From: a virus
Length of the DNA: 64,000 bases
IMG/VR virus record: IMGVR_UViG_3300009506_000022
Span: 34,007-98,006 of that record
Direction: 5' to 3' (one strand)
Shown in pieces: positions 27,141 through 36,515 of the stretch. Position numbers and translations under genes: made by a program. The notes under the pieces were generated by a model, which saw only the letters and a list, made by a program, of their open reading frames with translations, made no database searches and was not told the DNA's origin. How positions within the stretch are numbered: position 1 is the first letter of the stretch; each line of letters opens with the position of its first letter.

Positions 27141-27443
27141 ATGGAAGCAACGATTCAACTGAAAGGCTGTAGAAGCCATAGTGTTACGATCAAAGGCAAT
27201 TCGGTCAAATTTATTTTTGGGCGCGGGTTTCCGACATCCAACACTGATGTGATCGAATATTGTGAATCTCAACCAGATATGTTCGGTGTCACTAAGAAGG
27301 TCGAACAAGAGAAGTCAGATAAACTAGCTGCAGCTCCCAAACAACAAGCCGTTGAGCACGAGGAAAGAGAGGAAGATGATTCGCCAACCAAAAGCGAATC
27401 GCCTCCACCTCGAGGTAGACGGAGAAAGGTCAAGGCTGAATAG
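27141..27443 (+). CDS. small head-associated protein (possibly YqbF-like)
   Basis: GGAGG SD; position after MCP; short beta domain plus low-complexity basic tail. Confidence 0.55.
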   Translation: MEATIQLKGCRSHSVTIKGNSVKFIFGRGFPTSNTDVIEYCESQPDMFGVTKKVEQEKSDKLAAAPKQQAVEHEEREEDDSPTKSESPPPRGRRRKVKAE

Positions 27444-27445
27444 CA

Positions 27446-27805
27446 ATGACTCGAACCTTTTATGCGCCAAAGAATGTTGGTCCAGTCCAAATTGACTTGC
27501 CAGAATTCAAAGTGAAAGGACGCAAAGGAGCGCTTCATATTAGACCTTCATCGACTCTATCTTTGTCTGATGACGAAGTGAAGTTTCTCTCAACTAACAA
27601 AAAGACCAAAGAGCTTTTTTTAAAGCTTAGAGAAACGACACCAAAAAAAAGTGGAGTTTATAAACCTGTTGTTCGGCCACCAGCTGGAAATGAACTCTTT
27701 GTTGGAAGCAATCTAACAGATGTGAAAGACGAACAGAAAACAGGTGGAACTTTGGAGGAAGGTAAGAAGAAAGCTTCAACTGTTCAGAAAAAGAAATCTG
27801 AATAG
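27446..27805 (+). CDS. hypothetical protein
   Basis: Operon packing. Confidence 0.6.
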   Translation: MTRTFYAPKNVGPVQIDLPEFKVKGRKGALHIRPSSTLSLSDDEVKFLSTNKKTKELFLKLRETTPKKSGVYKPVVRPPAGNELFVGSNLTDVKDEQKTGGTLEEGKKKASTVQKKKSE

Positions 27806-27828
27806 TTTCGCGTCCTCTAGAGGAGGAC

Positions 27829-28209
27829 ATGTTAAAGATACATTTATCAGATGGAAGGACACTTAGTTTTGATTTGAGTGATCCTGATAAAGCGAAAGAA
27901 TGGTTATCCCTCGTGAGAAAACTTGCATTTCAGGATTCTATACGCGGGATGACCATTCAGCATAATGGGGGTTCATATTCGCTAACAAGGCCTGATTCTT
28001 TTCATCATCTTTGGCTGTTTGCGGAACATCTTGATCCAGAACAAAGCAAGAAGTTCAAAGGCGGTAAACAGCTGATTTGTCAGGCTGATGATGTTCGAGT
28101 TTCCATGATGATCCATGAAAAGTCTCGAGCTGTTCGTGTTAGCCTGAAGCGGACTGGTTCTCAACGCTACAATCCGATCATGGATGATGGGAGGGCTTAT
28201 GGCGGTTGA
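27829..28209 (+). CDS. hypothetical protein
   Basis: GAGGAGG SD. Confidence 0.65.
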   Translation: MLKIHLSDGRTLSFDLSDPDKAKEWLSLVRKLAFQDSIRGMTIQHNGGSYSLTRPDSFHHLWLFAEHLDPEQSKKFKGGKQLICQADDVRVSMMIHEKSRAVRVSLKRTGSQRYNPIMDDGRAYGG

Positions 28210-28768
28210 TGAACTAGTGAAGAATCGACAGCTTTCGCTTCCAGATACATTCAACGATCAGTTGAGTGGCGAAGACATTGAGGACATAGAATCAACTGCG
28301 GATCATATGGGTCATTTTCTTTGGGCAGTGATGAGCCAGTTCAAGCGGATCATCCATGGAGATGATGTTGGTAACTGGACAGACAACCCAGTTGAGATCT
28401 TTGGTGGCGATGCTTCTTTGAAAGCACTGTTTGAAGGTGCAAGCGTTTCAAATCAACGCGCTAGCTTGAGCAATAAAGCAATGGCTGCGCAAGCCACAAG
28501 TTCAGATGGCGATCTTGCTTGTGATGTTGCTATTGCCGCAACACCTTCAAATGATGGATATGTTAGAATTTCGATAAACGGCCTTGCAATCAATTTGGGC
28601 GATGGGGTCAAAACAACAGAGGGCTATTTTTCAAATGATGGCGGCGCAACAGCTCGAGACATTGCCGATATTGCAAGTGGTGATTTGTTGTATTGGAATG
28701 GAAGCGTTGCTAAATATGAGCTTTCTATCGAGGACATTGTTGATTTTGAATATTCAGAGGACACCTGA
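28199..28768 (+). CDS. putative virion decoration protein
   Basis: C-terminal beta domain ..TP....V.I.ING...D.V.FEY shared with neighbouring genes. Confidence 0.6.
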   Translation: MAVDELVKNRQLSLPDTFNDQLSGEDIEDIESTADHMGHFLWAVMSQFKRIIHGDDVGNWTDNPVEIFGGDASLKALFEGASVSNQRASLSNKAMAAQATSSDGDLACDVAIAATPSNDGYVRISINGLAINLGDGVKTTEGYFSNDGGATARDIADIASGDLLYWNGSVAKYELSIEDIVDFEYSEDT

Positions 28769-29193
28769 TGCAACTACCGATAAAACAGCTTCGCCAAAGT
28801 GGCGCTTCTGATGGTCAGGTTCCAACCTGGAGCGATGCGCTTCAGCAGTATGTTCCTCAAACGGTTTCTGGTGGTGGTGGTGGCAACACGTTTGTTGCAG
28901 AACCTTTTGTGTATGCAGATACAACAAATAAAGTGATTGGTCCTTTATCGAATACTCCAGCAAACTTGTCTTCCGTTAGTTTATTTCCTATTACTGGCTT
29001 GATCCAAAAATACACACAAGACTACACGGTTAGATTGGTAATCGGCGGAAGCGCTCCTGGTTATTATATTTGTTTGTCACCAACGAGTACTCCACCAGGT
29101 GGCGGTTCGTTTTCTGGAAGTTCAAATCCAGCAACTGGAATAGATGGGAATCTAGATCTTGGCGACGATTTTAGAGTTTTATATCCGTATTAG
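28768..29193 (+). CDS. putative virion decoration/fibre protein
   Basis: GASDGQVPTW fibre motif; LSNTP...GDDFRVLY domain. Confidence 0.65.
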   Translation: MQLPIKQLRQSGASDGQVPTWSDALQQYVPQTVSGGGGGNTFVAEPFVYADTTNKVIGPLSNTPANLSSVSLFPITGLIQKYTQDYTVRLVIGGSAPGYYICLSPTSTPPGGGSFSGSSNPATGIDGNLDLGDDFRVLYPY

Positions 29194-29201
29194 GAGGACA
29201 C

Positions 29202-30974
29202 ATGTCAAAAATACAAACAAAGTGGATTGCGGATGATGCTATTACTGCTGATAAGATTCATTCTGGAGTTGCTGGCGATGGTCTGATTCAAGCTGGCGAT
29301 GGTTCGCTTGAAGTAAACGATGACGATTCGACCCTTGAGATTTCAGCTGATATTTTACAGGTAAAAGACCTTGGCATTACAACAGCTAAGTTGGCTGCGA
29401 CTTCGGTAACTTCAGCGAAGCTAGGGGTTGTTGCTGGTGATGGCATTACAGGCGGCAACGGATCGGATTTAGCCGTAGATCCAGACGTGACTGGCGGCGC
29501 CAACCTTGCTCGAGCGATTAGTGTTTCGTCAAATGGCGTTGCGGTAAAAATTGATAACGACACTATTGTTGAAAATGGTTCGCAGCAACTTGCGGTTGGA
29601 GCCAATAGCATTGGAGCCAACGAAGTCGACGAAAGCGATAGCTACACTTGGGTTACAGGGAGCCACGATTTTACTGGTTCTGGTGGCGTTACGGTTCCAA
29701 CGCCAACTGGAGACACCGATGCTGTAACTAAAGCGTATGCAGATGCATTACGCCAAGGAGCTAAACCAAAAGATCCAGCTGAAGCTTTGGCTGATAGCAA
29801 TCAGACTTTGAGCGGATTGCCAAGCAACATTGATGGAGTTACCTCTTGGTCGGCTGGCGATCGCGTGTTGCTTACAAATCAAACGACACCTTCAGAAAAC
29901 GGCATTTGGGAAGTTCAAACAGGTTCTTGGACGCGACCTGTAGATTTTGATACTGGCGATAGCGCTGGTGGTTCTCAGATTTGGATTCATGCTGGTACAA
30001 ACTACGGTGATAGCCAGTGGACTTGCACAACGGATCCGCCAAACGATGTTGTTGACACAGATTCTATTGCCTTCACGCAAACGTCTGGAGCTGGTCAGAT
30101 AACCGCTGGAACTGGTCTCACAAAAAGTGGAAACACCATCCAGGTTGGTGACGGAAGCACGGGGAATATCAACGGAATAGCCAGGACTGCAAATGATATT
30201 TCAGCGGCTGTTGATGACTCTTCAATCGAAGTTGCATCAAACGTTCTTCAGTTGAAGGACCTTGGTGTTTCAACAGCTAAACTGGCGGCAACTTCCATAA
30301 CTTCAGCAAAGCTTGGCGCTATCGCTGGAAACGGATTGGGTGGAGGAAGCGGTTCAGCTCTAGTTGTCAATCCAGATACTGTTGGTGGTGCCAATCTTGC
30401 CACAGTTGTCAATGTGATTTCTAATGGTGTCGCTGTACGAATAGATAGCTCAACGATTGGCGAGAACGGTTCGAATCAGCTTTATGTTCCAAATGGAGGT
30501 ATTACCGAGACCCAATTAAATGCAAGTGTTGCTGGAACTGGAATCGCTGGTGGTGGCGGTTCTGCTCTTGCTTTAGATATCCATAGCTTGACAGCTGAAA
30601 CAAGCGCAGATGATAACGATGAAGTTGCGATTTATGACAATTCGGCTGGCGCGCTTCGAAGGATGACGAGAGCGAACTTTCTTCTTGGAACTGGCGCAAC
30701 ACGAGTTCAGGAAATGCATCTTGTTACCGCTGGAGAAGTTACCGCTGGATATTTTACGTTGAGCAATACGCCAGTGAGCGCTGGAAACGTGGTTGTTGTT
30801 CCTGTCGGTGGGCCGCAACAAGTAAACAAGCAAGATGTTGGAGCTACTGGCGCGACTCCAGATTTTGATATTCTGAGTAGCAACCAGTGTCATATCAACA
30901 ACAATGGAGCTGCAACTGGTTTATCTGGCGATATTGAAGCTGGAGATGTTTTGATGGCTACTTACACGTATTAG
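29202..30974 (+). CDS. head/neck fibre protein with internal duplication
   Basis: ITTAKLA repeats, DAVTKAYAD, GDRVLLTNQT..SENGIW, AGTGLTKSGNTI; Gly/Ala/Thr-rich. Confidence 0.8.
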   Translation: MSKIQTKWIADDAITADKIHSGVAGDGLIQAGDGSLEVNDDDSTLEISADILQVKDLGITTAKLAATSVTSAKLGVVAGDGITGGNGSDLAVDPDVTGGANLARAISVSSNGVAVKIDNDTIVENGSQQLAVGANSIGANEVDESDSYTWVTGSHDFTGSGGVTVPTPTGDTDAVTKAYADALRQGAKPKDPAEALADSNQTLSGLPSNIDGVTSWSAGDRVLLTNQTTPSENGIWEVQTGSWTRPVDFDTGDSAGGSQIWIHAGTNYGDSQWTCTTDPPNDVVDTDSIAFTQTSGAGQITAGTGLTKSGNTIQVGDGSTGNINGIARTANDISAAVDDSSIEVASNVLQLKDLGVSTAKLAATSITSAKLGAIAGNGLGGGSGSALVVNPDTVGGANLATVVNVISNGVAVRIDSSTIGENGSNQLYVPNGGITETQLNASVAGTGIAGGGGSALALDIHSLTAETSADDNDEVAIYDNSAGALRRMTRANFLLGTGATRVQEMHLVTAGEVTAGYFTLSNTPVSAGNVVVVPVGGPQQVNKQDVGATGATPDFDILSSNQCHINNNGAATGLSGDIEAGDVLMATYTY

Positions 30975-30979
30975 GTTGT

Positions 30980-31948
30980 ATGTCAAAAACGAAGACAAAA
31001 TGGATTGAGAATTCTGCTGTTACGGAAGCCAAGATTGCGGCTTCTGTCGCTGGTGTTGGAATATCTGGTGGTGCTGGAAGCGCGTTAGCTTTAGATATCA
31101 ATGGATTGACGAACGAATCGACAGTAGACAAAGTAAACGATACTGTTGCGATTTATGATAGTTCGGCAACTGCAGTTAGAAAGACTGCGATTACAAATCT
31201 TCGAGAGTTTCCAACGGGACATCTGTATGGATTCCCGATGTACAACAACGCCACAAACCCTAATTATCAAATCGATATTGAACCTGGTGTTTGTCGCAGT
31301 AGCGATGACACAACCGATTTGGTTCTAACGACAACTCTTACAGTTGATATTTCAGCTTCTGGTGCAAATGGTCTTGATACTGGAAGCGAAAGTTCATTTG
31401 TCTGGTACTATATATATTTGATATATAATCCAACAACATCAGCGTATGCAAGTTTGATAAGCAATAGTTCAACATCTCCAACATTGCCAAGTGGATACAC
31501 AAAGTATCGTAGGCTTGGCAGTGTAATAAACGATGGAAGTAGCAATTTCAAATATTTTAGATGTGAATATAGATTGGGTAGAGAGCGTGTCTTTATGTAT
31601 AACGATATCGATGAAAACGATGTTCAACTGCTTTCTGGTGGTTCAGCGACATCGTGGACCAATATTTATTCTGGTGCATCGATTCCACCAACATCGTTGT
31701 TAGGCAAGTTTCTCTTTAGGTTTTCGGGTCAGAATTATGATTGGAAATGCTATTTGAGACCAGGTGATAGTTCTCAGAATACACCCCCAACAACTGTTTT
31801 TGGTGGTGGCGATTTAGCTGGCGATCTAGTGACATCGAGTTTAGCGATTGAGATGAGAACGGATAGTTCAAGAAACATCCAATATAGACAGGCTTCAGCT
31901 GGTGCTGAATTAAGCGTTTGGGTGTTGGGATATATTGATTTTGTGTGA
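30980..31948 (+). CDS. fibre/decoration protein
   Basis: N-terminus paralogous to the previous gene; GANGLDTG...WYYIY...PTLPSGYTKYRRLG motif. Confidence 0.75.
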   Translation: MSKTKTKWIENSAVTEAKIAASVAGVGISGGAGSALALDINGLTNESTVDKVNDTVAIYDSSATAVRKTAITNLREFPTGHLYGFPMYNNATNPNYQIDIEPGVCRSSDDTTDLVLTTTLTVDISASGANGLDTGSESSFVWYYIYLIYNPTTSAYASLISNSSTSPTLPSGYTKYRRLGSVINDGSSNFKYFRCEYRLGRERVFMYNDIDENDVQLLSGGSATSWTNIYSGASIPPTSLLGKFLFRFSGQNYDWKCYLRPGDSSQNTPPTTVFGGGDLAGDLVTSSLAIEMRTDSSRNIQYRQASAGAELSVWVLGYIDFV

Positions 31949-31965
31949 TTGAAAGGAGTACGAGA

Positions 31966-33369
31966 ATGAAAAACGCAATCTATATTTTGGTCGTTATTCT
32001 GGCAGTTTGCTGTATGAAGCAACCAACGCATATTCAAGAAAGCAAAAAGGCAAACAAAAAAGAAGCGTTGGTTTTGGAGACAATTGATTTTGCTGGATTT
32101 ACCTGGATAGTGAAAAGTGGATATTGCAGTGTTGGGAACAAAGCGGGCCCGGGCCCTAACTATTTTTGTGGGGAAGATGAAGATCTATGGGTTGATGCTC
32201 AAGATCGATTGCATATGAGAATAAATTACAAGGAAAGTCTTAGTGCATATGGAGCTGTGTCGATAAAAACCGAAGTGAGCGGTTGTGGTGTCTATCGATA
32301 CTATGTTGAAGATGGTCCAAATGGAACTCCTGACAATTTTGATGAAAATGTTGTTTTGGGGTTATTTACATACAGAACGGATGCTGCAAACGACAACTGG
32401 GAAGTTGATGTAGAGATAACAGATTGGAAGGATGAAACGCCAGATTACAATCTGTACTTAAGTACATGGGATGATAGCGAATCGATCTCTGATAGTTTTT
32501 TGGTTACGTTTGGCGAAGGGGTTGTTCAACACTCATTTACCTGGCAGCCTTCAGCGATCATTTTCAACTCAACGAAAAATGGATTCTTGCTTGGAGAAGG
32601 GGTTCGTACTGGTGGAGATTCATATCCATGTCCTACAGGTCCTGTGGATGCAAGGATAAATCTTTGGCTAGCAGATGGAGAAGCTCCAGCTTCAGAACAA
32701 GAGGTAATCATATCTTATTTTGAATATGAACAGTTTGTTGTTTTGGATACTCCAACGGATCTTGCTGCAACAGTAGTAAGCGAAACAGAGATAGATTTGG
32801 AATGGACGGACAACTCAAGCGGAGAAAGTGGAGTTGAACTTGAAAGGAAAGAATCTGGTGGCGCATATTCCTTGGTGGATACACTTGATCCAGAATCTAC
32901 AGAATATGAGGACACAAATCTAGATGATTGCACGACATATTTCTATCGAGTTAGAACGACAGATGGATATGGAGAGAAAAGCTCTTATTCGAGTGAAGTT
33001 CAGGCAACTACAGAATGCTTAGATGCTGGCGTACCAGATCCTTCATTGTCAACTGTTCAATGGGCTTGTAATGGCTGGGATGGATATGTATCGGGAACTG
33101 TTTCTGATATGCCCGATGGAACTTGGCATATACGATCATGGATCAAAAGCAGTAAATGGTGGTGTCAAGGCGAAGATATGACAGTGGTCAACGGTGCATT
33201 CTATGCCACTCATGGTTTGTGGTGTACTCCAGGTCCTGGTGTCGATATTTACGTTGCGATGTACTATGCCGCAACCGATCCATGGGGAACTGGAGACTGC
33301 GAGACAATGGAACTTGGCGAATGGCCAGATGGATATGATTATTTATTTGGTCCGTTTCCAACTCAATAG
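31966..33369 (+). CDS. GH16-like glycoside hydrolase + fibronectin type III domain, with N-terminal signal
   Basis: GPGPNYF, LWVD, DENVVLGLFTY, catalytic-like EVDVE; FN3 PTDLAA...IDLEWTDNS...Y.YRVR. Confidence 0.75.
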   Translation: MKNAIYILVVILAVCCMKQPTHIQESKKANKKEALVLETIDFAGFTWIVKSGYCSVGNKAGPGPNYFCGEDEDLWVDAQDRLHMRINYKESLSAYGAVSIKTEVSGCGVYRYYVEDGPNGTPDNFDENVVLGLFTYRTDAANDNWEVDVEITDWKDETPDYNLYLSTWDDSESISDSFLVTFGEGVVQHSFTWQPSAIIFNSTKNGFLLGEGVRTGGDSYPCPTGPVDARINLWLADGEAPASEQEVIISYFEYEQFVVLDTPTDLAATVVSETEIDLEWTDNSSGESGVELERKESGGAYSLVDTLDPESTEYEDTNLDDCTTYFYRVRTTDGYGEKSSYSSEVQATTECLDAGVPDPSLSTVQWACNGWDGYVSGTVSDMPDGTWHIRSWIKSSKWWCQGEDMTVVNGAFYATHGLWCTPGPGVDIYVAMYYAATDPWGTGDCETMELGEWPDGYDYLFGPFPTQ

Positions 33370-33378
33370 AGGTTGTTT

Positions 33379-33651
33379 GTGGGTATAACTCACGAAAAGA
33401 TCGTTGAACTAGTTGGAGTTGTGGATGGTGCAAACCAAGATTTCACAACTCCATCGGTTTATATTTTGGGAACATTTCGATTGATTGTGAATGGAATAAT
33501 ATATGCTTCAGATCATCCATATTACGGATGGACGGAAGTCGATAACACTACGATTCAAACTGTGACGCCACCAGAAGCTGGTTCTTTGATGCAAGGGTTT
33601 TATCAAGAGGCTGAACCGCAAGGATCGCCGTTTCATCCTACGGAGGTATGA
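33379..33651 (+). CDS. small structural protein
   Basis: G.VDG.N.DFT...L.VNG...I....PP..GS.....Y phage Ig-like pattern. Confidence 0.65.
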   Translation: MGITHEKIVELVGVVDGANQDFTTPSVYILGTFRLIVNGIIYASDHPYYGWTEVDNTTIQTVTPPEAGSLMQGFYQEAEPQGSPFHPTEV

Positions 33652-34757
33652 TGCCATCGCTTGAAAGAGAACAGATAACGACAGAAAACGATCTGAACTG
33701 GTACATTACCGTAGGCGGAACCCTTACCGATCAGTATGAGGTAAGCTTTCAGATTTGGGATATCAGTTCTGGTTCCCCTGGAACTCAGATTTTTCCTGAT
33801 GTTGCAGATGAATGGGAAGAGGTAACATCTAGCGGTAAATTTGCAACAGGTTCTTATTACACATATGACAACGCTTCAGCTCAAGGCTGGCAAGTTCCAG
33901 CAGATGCAACGCTTGGCGAACATCGCGTAAAATGGAGATGGAAACTTTCCGCTTCAAGTCCATATCGATATGGACAAGAGGACTTTACTGTGGTCCCTTA
34001 TGCAAGCGGCGCCGATCAAACTTACGTCAACGTTCTTGACATTCGAAACGAAGGGATCACATCAGCTATTGCTAGCGATAGCCAGATCTATTCTTCGATT
34101 CTTTTATGGCAAGAAATCTTAGATCGGTGCTGCAGACAATGGTTTTTGCCAAAGTTGTTGACAATCGAATTCGATGGAGACAACTCAACAACGATGCATC
34201 TTGGCATCCCATGTATTGAGGTTGAGTATCTCAGAATAAACAAGAGTTCTACTGATTTGGATTCAGATCTTTATCAGGTCTATGGAAATCAAACTGATGG
34301 TTTGCAAAGTCGAAGGAGAAACCCGAAAATCGCTTTGGTTCAGAATATAACTCAAGACATCAATCGAGATATTCATTTGGCGCCGTTTCACGAAGGTCGA
34401 TTGATGTTTTACAAAGGGTACAAAAACCAAGTGCTTAGAGGAACATTTGGTTTTGTTAATGACGATTTGAGTCCACCACGTGCGATCCAAAGAGCGTTGA
34501 CGAAGTTGGTTATCGAAAAGCTTACGAATCCAATCTATCCAGGAGATGATGCACCAACACCAGCAGCGCCAAGCTTCGCGGGAATCGTTGTTGAAGAGAA
34601 GACTGATGGCCATTCTTTGAAATACGCAGCGCCAGAATATGGCAAGAGAAAATCGGGTCTTTCTGGCATAACAAGTGATCCAGAAATACAAGATATCATC
34701 AAGCTGTATCGAGGGCCTATTGGAATAGCAACCCCTTCACATTGGATGTACACATAA
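33648..34757 (+). CDS. head-tail adaptor with N-terminal extra domain
   Basis: YV.V.DIRNEG, ILDRCCRQWF, GTFGFV...PRAIQRA..KL, DPEI..II.LY. Confidence 0.65.
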   Translation: MMPSLEREQITTENDLNWYITVGGTLTDQYEVSFQIWDISSGSPGTQIFPDVADEWEEVTSSGKFATGSYYTYDNASAQGWQVPADATLGEHRVKWRWKLSASSPYRYGQEDFTVVPYASGADQTYVNVLDIRNEGITSAIASDSQIYSSILLWQEILDRCCRQWFLPKLLTIEFDGDNSTTMHLGIPCIEVEYLRINKSSTDLDSDLYQVYGNQTDGLQSRRRNPKIALVQNITQDINRDIHLAPFHEGRLMFYKGYKNQVLRGTFGFVNDDLSPPRAIQRALTKLVIEKLTNPIYPGDDAPTPAAPSFAGIVVEEKTDGHSLKYAAPEYGKRKSGLSGITSDPEIQDIIKLYRGPIGIATPSHWMYT

Positions 34758-35170
34758 TGGCGCGTTATCCAAGATTACTACATCCAGTTCCTGTTCAGAT
34801 TGAACAGGCAAATAGGAGCAATACGGCTTACGATGATGATGCACGAGAGCCAGTTGGCCAAGTGGCGGTCAATTCTGTTGTTACGATAAACGGTCAAGTA
34901 AAGTATGGTTCGAGCAAGCAACTTGGATATCAATCTGGCGCTGGAGTTCAAGAAAATGAAAAGGGATACGTTTTGTTTAGACAACGCGATCTTGATGCAA
35001 ATTCTGTTGAGCTTCAACCAAGCGATCGAATAATAAAAATAGGACGAGTAGATCACGATGTTTATATATCTAGACTTATGCCAACTGGGCATTATGGAGA
35101 GCATGGTGGCAACACTCTTTTGAAAGCATTTTTTGAGGATAGACAACCATCAAAACATAGGAGCCGATGA
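34757..35170 (+). CDS. head closure/stopper protein
   Basis: YDDDAREP...GY.LF...L...DRI; position after the adaptor gene. Confidence 0.6.
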   Translation: MARYPRLLHPVPVQIEQANRSNTAYDDDAREPVGQVAVNSVVTINGQVKYGSSKQLGYQSGAGVQENEKGYVLFRQRDLDANSVELQPSDRIIKIGRVDHDVYISRLMPTGHYGEHGGNTLLKAFFEDRQPSKHRSR

Positions 35171-35859
35171 TGGAAGAATATATTTATATACAAAAAGCAA
35201 ATTTGACTTTGATGAAGGACGAATCAGTAAGAGATTATGAAATGGCGCTTCGTACAAAAATAAATGAAGATTTAGCAAATCTAAAGACTCCATCGCCTAC
35301 AGGGAATGTTCCAAATCTTTGGGTTCAGTACCTCTATGCAGATAGAGCAATAATCGAATGTTATGATCATTCGACTTCAAATGAGAAGTATTACGAGGTT
35401 CCATATAAGCGCGATTCTAAAGGGATTTTTACTTTAGGTAAGCCAGTTGAAGTTAGCGAGAGAAAAACGTTTATCCCAGTTCCAGTTCAGAAAGCTGTTT
35501 GGACAACTGCGTTTATCAATAAACTTCCAGACAATTCGTTTCTTCATATTGAAAGTGGCGGGAAAAAAGATGGTGAAGGAAAGACTGTTCCTAGAAGTTT
35601 GAGGCATTTTCCTTACAAAGACAGCGAAGGAAAAATTGATCTCCCACATCTTCGAAATGCAATTGCAAGAATTCCACAAGCAAAGATTTCTGGAATGACG
35701 AAACAGGACCTTGATGTTCTTCAAACAAAAGCACAAGCGATGCTTGAGAAAGAGAACGCGAGACGCGAACGAGAAATGAAACAGGACAAGAAAAAGTTTC
35801 TGAGAGAGTGTGGATTTGATAGGATCCCAAGTCAGCTTTGGGATGGATTACCAGTATAG
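35167..35859 (+). CDS. putative internal head (cargo) protein
   Basis: WTTAFINKLPD.SF...SLRHFPY...GKIDLPHLRNAIAR domain; IQKA/VQKA motifs; C-terminal WDGLPV. Confidence 0.7.
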   Translation: MMEEYIYIQKANLTLMKDESVRDYEMALRTKINEDLANLKTPSPTGNVPNLWVQYLYADRAIIECYDHSTSNEKYYEVPYKRDSKGIFTLGKPVEVSERKTFIPVPVQKAVWTTAFINKLPDNSFLHIESGGKKDGEGKTVPRSLRHFPYKDSEGKIDLPHLRNAIARIPQAKISGMTKQDLDVLQTKAQAMLEKENARREREMKQDKKKFLRECGFDRIPSQLWDGLPV

Positions 35860-35867
35860 AAAAAACG

Positions 35868-36515
35868 ATGAGCGCCTATATAAAACTTAGTAAAGAGTGG
35901 AAAGGCTTTGGGAAAGCTATCGATGTAAGCTTCCACAAAGCCACTCTCGAAAAGTATGTTGGGCGCGCAACTAGAGCGAATGCGATTGCAGTAAGAAGAC
36001 GGATTAGACAAAAAATAAAAGAGGGTGACTTCGAGGAAAATGCACCTCTTACAATGCTTTTCAAAAAAGGAACATCTCAACCTTTGAAGGGGACAAAAGG
36101 AAGCGACTTATTCAATTCTATTATGTATGAAGTCGATGATTGGAAAACGGCTCTTGTTGGCGTAAATCGTTACAATGATGATGGATATAACATTGGGTTG
36201 ATTCTTCATGAAGGCGCAACTATTCCAGTTACAGAAGCAATGAGGAACATGTTCTATTTGCTTTGGTTAGCTGGGTTGGGAGCTTTTGATCCTGATTTGC
36301 TAAAAGGACGTGCCAAAGAGATTTATGACGCAACAAATGGAGCGAAAGGATTTTTGCCGATTGATCCAAAAACATCGTATATTAGAATTCCACCAAGACC
36401 ATTTTTGACAGATACTATTGATGATCCAGAAACAATAAATGTAATAGAAACAAACTGGCAAAGAGCCGTTGAAGCAACGATTAGAGACCAAGCAAAAAGA
36501 GGAAGAAGGATCTGA
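35868..36515 (+). CDS. neck/tail completion (virion morphogenesis) protein
   Basis: NAPLT...KG..PL...LFNSI, ILHEGA.I, IPPRPFL. Confidence 0.75.
   Translation: MSAYIKLSKEWKGFGKAIDVSFHKATLEKYVGRATRANAIAVRRRIRQKIKEGDFEENAPLTMLFKKGTSQPLKGTKGSDLFNSIMYEVDDWKTALVGVNRYNDDGYNIGLILHEGATIPVTEAMRNMFYLLWLAGLGAFDPDLLKGRAKEIYDATNGAKGFLPIDPKTSYIRIPPRPFLTDTIDDPETINVIETNWQRAVEATIRDQAKRGRRI

Noticed and set aside
33015-33045. DAGVPD peptide hinting at a myxobacterial host
   Set aside because: A single short motif is too weak for host assignment
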